A stretch of DNA of 43,007 nt from Atractiella rhizophila. Its lineage: Eukaryota. Every line of letters begins with the position of its first letter. Within the stretch, counting starts at the first letter, position 1. A program made the position numbers and the translations under genes. The notes below the pieces were generated by a model that was given only the letters and a program-made list of their open reading frames with translations, was not told the origin of the DNA and searched no databases. Location: contig MU271548.1 of assembly GCA_021432655.1 (NCBI GenBank), positions 3,203 through 46,209 on the forward strand. Direction: 5' to 3'. Positions 42,439 through 43,007 of this stretch are shown piece after piece.

Positions 42439-43007
42439 TTAGCTTGGAGGCGAATAGGAAAAAGAAGGCATACATCTCTCCCATTCAGCTTCCAATCTCG
42501 CCTCTTCTAAGGCGATCGATCTCGCGATCGCTCTCCTCGTCCTCTCCTCCTTCGCCCTTCTCTCCTTATCCGCTCTCACCGCCGCCCACCTCTGAACGAG
42601 CACGCAGAACCCCTCCTTCCTGTCTTTCGCAAACTCAAACTCCTTCTTCGCCCTCCTCAACTCCACAAGTTCCTCCGTCACCCTCGCTCTCCCTGGAGAA
42701 CCAAAGGGCAAATCGAGTAAAGTTTCGACGTAGGCCTGCTGTCCCAAGAACTCGATTTTCTTCGATCGGAGGGAGGAACAAAGGAACGAGAGGGCAGCGG
42801 TGTTCAGTACAGCACGACGTAAACAAACGTTCCTCGAATTTTCCGTGTGGGCCATCGTTTCCAACCTCATCGTGAGCTGGTCTGGTGGTCCTGGAGGGAC
42901 GTATCCTTTGGGGCTCCTCGCCGGGGGCAGGAGAGGAGAATACGGCGCGAAGCTCGTAAGAGGATGGAAGGTCTTGCCGTCTCTAATGTAAAGGGAGCGC
43001 ATTGAAA
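42439..43007 (-). CDS. 3' part of a hypothetical protein with charged coiled-coil C-terminus (runs off the window)
   Basis: 187-aa ORF with an E/R/K-rich helix (RADKERRAKEERTRRAIARSIALEEARLEAEWER). Confidence 0.5.
   Translation of the reverse strand, partial: SMRSLYIRDGKTFHPLTSFAPYSPLLPPARSPKGYVPPGPPDQLTMRLETMAHTENSRNVCLRRAVLNTAALSFLCSSLRSKKIEFLGQQAYVETLLDLPFGSPGRARVTEELVELRRAKKEFEFAKDRKEGFCVLVQRWAAVRADKERRAKEERTRRAIARSIALEEARLEAEWERCMPSFSYSPPS

Overview
Intron-rich fungal genomic DNA, probably basidiomycete (short GT-AG introns, CTRAC/CTRAT branch sites). It carries about 17 recognisable or likely protein-coding genes: two paralogous secreted Cys-rich-domain/GH5 glucanases, a DedA/VTT membrane protein, GH95 alpha-fucosidase, an LtrA-like protein, an MFS transporter, a Na+/H+ antiporter, ARF1, a divergent RPL36/RPL6 pair, a methyltransferase, an F-box protein, a short Zn2Cys6 factor, CCT4 and several hypotheticals. 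Three things stand out. (1) Bases 1-~1245 are written in reversed polarity. Their plain complement, read left to right, is the exact spliced continuation of the GH5 gene running leftward from 2310; this is most likely an assembly artefact. (2) A ~1.4-kb tandem duplication has fused the antiporter promoter and first hydrophobic helix in frame to ARF1. The predicted product is a membrane-anchored Arf with a P-loop D26A change, and the canonical ARF1 copy shows a 1-nt deletion. (3) Both GH5 paralogues carry an 8-Cys N-terminal module and an internal Cys..KR..KR..Cys loop suggestive of Kex2 processing. Exon boundaries were read by eye and are approximate. No database searches were run.
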